DNA from: Amoeboaphelidium occidentale
Lineage: Eukaryota
DNA length: 46,186 nucleotides
Direction of reading: 5' to 3'
NCBI GenBank assembly: GCA_023515795.1
Contig: JALGPX010000110.1
Span: 1 to 46,186, forward strand
This document shows, in pieces, positions 43,084 to 46,186 of this stretch (position 1 is the stretch's first letter; each line of letters opens with the position of its first letter). Below the pieces are notes generated by a model. The model worked only from the letters and a program-made list of their open reading frames with translations, did no database searches and was not told where the DNA came from. The translations under genes and the position numbers were made by a program.

Positions 43084-44049
43084 ATGTCTCCAGTGCTGAA
43101 TTCTGCTGCCAGGCGACATGAGATCAACACTATATATGGTAGTCCAGTTGAGGCTAATGATCATTTGATGCCAACAGCACCACCGATGGATCAAAGACCA
43201 TCTATATGTGGCGGTGCTTCAGCAAGATCTGATCTTAATCCACCTTCATACACTTCAATGGCTCAACCTGCTGCACATATTGAGTTTGGAGATGTTTTTG
43301 ATGAAAGGAGAACTTCGAGCCTTAGCCGTGTTTCAATAGGGACAAGGAAATCCTCATGCTCCACGTCTCTGATATGCCTTCCATTCAAGGCTACAACTTG
43401 GTTTCACTTATCCTACTTAATTACATCGACTGTTTTTACAAGTATCATTGTGTGCTGGCTTTTGATCAGTCTGGTATTGACAGTTGTGATGATGATCATA
43501 CCTCCTTTGGGTTTAATGATCGCCTTGGTATCATTCTCTTCATGGCGAATGATTGCTAACATGGACAGATTTATAATTTTAAACCACATTCATTCTAGAA
43601 CTGTTTCAGATGGTCACTCATCGTCTCAACTCGCAAGAAGAGCAACAATCTCAAGACCACATATCGCGGGAGAATTGGGACCAGATGGAACTACACTAAC
43701 AAAAAGGGTCAAATATCTTGCTACAAATTCATATACCTGGAAACCTTTTTTGTACTTTCCGTTCGTTAAACTGCCATTCACTGCTGTCTCATGTTGCCTA
43801 TTCTTTGCTCTGCTTCTATGTTCTCTATTTGGAATGTTCTACTGGTTGATACTATGGCAATGTGGTGAAGAATGCACTAGATACATCCCTACTGAAGTAT
43901 TTAAGGCCATTACAATCTTCAATACGTTTGAAGCATCGCTTTTCTTGATACCAATTGGAATCTTGCTGTTCTTCCTTTCATTTTTGGTATTAGATATCAT
44001 ATCTGGAATACAGAGACATCTTGTAAAAGATTTCCTGTCTCCATCTTGA
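43084..44049 (+). CDS. Polytopic membrane protein with putative-sensor-like domain
   Basis: TW..YL..TM-TM..WRMIANMDR..TWKPFLYF..KLP..TM pattern resembles the PF13796 sensor module; no kinase domain. Confidence 0.6.
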   Translation: MSPVLNSAARRHEINTIYGSPVEANDHLMPTAPPMDQRPSICGGASARSDLNPPSYTSMAQPAAHIEFGDVFDERRTSSLSRVSIGTRKSSCSTSLICLPFKATTWFHLSYLITSTVFTSIIVCWLLISLVLTVVMMIIPPLGLMIALVSFSSWRMIANMDRFIILNHIHSRTVSDGHSSSQLARRATISRPHIAGELGPDGTTLTKRVKYLATNSYTWKPFLYFPFVKLPFTAVSCCLFFALLLCSLFGMFYWLILWQCGEECTRYIPTEVFKAITIFNTFEASLFLIPIGILLFFLSFLVLDIISGIQRHLVKDFLSPS

Positions 44050-44187
44050 GTTTGTAACGCATCAATAGAATCAATTCAATGAGCCTCAGCGTTAACAGTT
44101 GAAACGGCTCTGTTCGCTCCATTTTTTCACACGAAGCCACATCGCGCTCAATTGCTTTACTTCTAATAGAAATAGCTTTCTAAAGAA

Positions 44188-45725
44188 ATGATAAATTGGC
44201 CTGATGAATTGACAGTTCCTGATAATGAGCAGGTTGGGAACTTATTGCAGAAAATATCGTCCAAGTTAAATTTAAAATCCACAGATTCCGAAGCTTTGGC
44301 TGATTATTTGGATCAGAACGACCCTTTCAAGGAGACACGAAATGATTTCGAAATACCTCGTAGATGCGATGTCGTGAATAAGTCGCATGACCCTTCTAAG
44401 TCCATACAAGAATCTACTCAGTCTGCGTCAAACGACAAGTCAAAGTTGGTGTCAGAGCAAGATATGACAAAGCCTTGCCTTTACTTTTGTGGCAATTCGT
44501 TGGGGTTGATGCCAAAGATTACAAAGAAGTTCTTAAATGAAGAATTGGATGTATGGGCTTCCAGGTATGCTGCTAGTCAATGCTCGTTTTTAAACTTATG
44601 ATTTAGTGGTGTTCATGGACATTTTCATCATGCTTATGGTAGACCATGGGCTCCTATTGATGATAATGTTGTCGAAGGAAGTGCTAAATTAGTTGGAGCG
44701 CTGCCGGAAGAAGTTTCAATACTCAACTCATTATCAGTTAATCTGCACTTGCTTTTGGTGTCATTCTACAAACCAACAGCGAAACGCAACAAGATTTTAA
44801 TTGAGAACAAGGCTTTCCCTTCAGATTATTACATTGTCCAGAGTCAGATTAAGTTTCATGGCTACAATCCTGATGAATGTTTAATTGCGGTGAAACAGAG
44901 AGATGGTGAAGTCGCATGGCGCACAGAAGATATCCTCAAAACAATTGAAGAGCGCGGCGATGAAATAGCACTTGTGATGCTTTCAGGTGTTCAGTATTTT
45001 ACTGGTCAATTGTTTGATATAAAAACAATAACTGAAGCAGCGCATAGAAAGGGTTGCATGGTTGGATTTGATCTGGCTCATGCAGTAGGTAATGTTGTGC
45101 TGAAGTTGCATGAATGGAATGTTGATTTCGCTGCGTGGTGTTCTTACAAATATTTGAATAGTGGTCCTGGTTCGATATCTGGAATTTTTGTGCACAAGAA
45201 TCATCACACCGCCGAGTTGAAACGATTGGCTGGGTGGTGGGGTAACAAGGAAGAAACAAGATTTCAAATGAGACCAGGTAATCTTAATTGAGTTATGATT
45301 TAAGTTTATGTTTAGAGTTTGATCCGATTCTTGGCGCTAATGGTTACAGAATGTCTAATCCCTGTGTCATGGCTGTAGTTTCCCTTTTGGGCAGTCTTGA
45401 AGTGTTTAAAAAGACTTCTATTGAAGAGCTGAACAAGAAGTCTCGTGTTCTGACAGGATATTTGGAGTATCTGATTCTTAATGATCCTTTGTTGAGCAAG
45501 AAAGTTAAAATCATCACACCTTCAGATCCAAGACAGAGAGGCTGTCAGTTATCGCTTGTTTTAGATGGCAACTTAAAGGCGATCTTTGAAAAGCTCTCCA
45601 ATGCTGGTGTTGTTTGCGACAAGAGGGAGCCAGATTGTATTCGCGTGGCGCCTGTTCCCCTGTACAACACTTTTAAAGACGTTTATGAGTTTGTGGTAAT
45701 TTTGAGGTGCAGTTTAGCTGCATAA
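44188..45725 (+). CDS. BNA5: Kynureninase (introns 44565-44606 and 45278-45315)
   Basis: [72 protein letters not shown]. Confidence 0.96.
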
Positions 45726-45816
45726 AACGATCTCGATTACAGTATTTTCCTGAAAGTAAGCAAGGCGATTAAAACAAAATAAAAAATGACCTTGATCAAT
45801 TCCAAGAAAAACACTG

Positions 45817-45944
45817 TACACAAAAGCACCCATCACCATATTACTACAGTGATGAGCTATCGCTGATCATGGCTTTCATGAGAGTCATCTTTGGCTGCCT
45901 CCGCCTAGACTTCTCCACCATGACCACATGAGGCTGTTGTTGTT
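45817..45944 (-). ncRNA. Putative Fanzor omegaRNA scaffold, copy 2
   Basis: Homologous to 12985-13108; terminal hairpin GCTCATCACTGTA-GTAA-TATGGTGATGGGT (45828-45857) with a GNRA loop. Confidence 0.75.
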
Positions 45945-46186
45945 TCAGTTACCATGCGGGTTTCCCCTTCGGAACGCTTCAGGCCTGTAACCACCATTAG
46001 CATTCATATGAAGGAAAACGCGCATGATATTCCTGGGTGCATTGACATCTCGATTCCAGCGGGTCCAGCAGTTGTTATTGTTGCAACTCTTGATCGACCA
46101 GAATCGAGACTGAACCAGTTCATGATCACACAACGAGCACATCTTGCTCGTCCTGAACTCAGGCACCAACCTCGCCCTTGTTCTTC
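45945..46186 (-). CDS. C-terminus of a second Fanzor1-type nuclease (truncated by window edge)
   Basis: VPEFRTSKMCSLC..SCNNNNCWTRWNRDVNAPRNI..PEAFRRGN; 56 of 70 residues identical to copy 1 by manual count. Confidence 0.9.
   Translation of the reverse strand, partial: RTRARLVPEFRTSKMCSLCDHELVQSRFWSIKSCNNNNCWTRWNRDVNAPRNIMRVFLHMNANGGYRPEAFRRGNPHGN

Noticed and set aside
45812..45818. TA-CAGTG resembling a Tc1/mariner terminus with TA target duplication
   Set aside because: Copy 1 has TATTGTG at the same position, and no matching inverted repeat or DDE transposase was seen.
1..46186. Host-wide TAA/TAG-to-Gln recoding
   Set aside because: Conserved genes (NDUFS1, MDM12, pyridoxal kinase, BNA5) end at TAA at expected positions and long exons lack internal TAR codons.

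Overview
Gene-dense eukaryotic DNA with the standard genetic code and short GT-AG introns (about 35-55 bp). The gene set suggests an early-diverging, probably zoosporic fungus or aphelid-like lineage (inference from tubby, an LRWD1-like WD40, coactosin, Mdm12 and the complex I 75 kDa subunit). Most of the window is ordinary housekeeping genes (SER3, SER2, YTM1, MDM12, CAC2, NIT3, pyridoxal kinase, BNA5, acyl-CoA oxidase, ADH). The standout is two copies of a Fanzor1-type (eukaryotic TnpB-derived, RNA-guided) nuclease element on the minus strand: a nearly complete but disrupted copy at about 13133-16045 and the 3' end of a second copy at 45945-46186. Downstream of both lies a conserved ~120-nt noncoding block ending in a hairpin whose sequence has changed while its pairing is kept, as expected of an omegaRNA scaffold. 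The predicted guide position of copy 2 (45796-45810) matches 15/15 nt inside the Fanzor coding sequence of copy 1 (13366-13380), suggesting a Fanzor guided against Fanzor genes. Accessory genes include a PD-(D/E)XK nuclease, a possibly secreted BTB protein, a GPI-anchored HEXXH protein and an adjacent fucosyltransferase/sulfotransferase pair. Many apparent tandem duplications flank N gaps and are probably assembly overlaps.
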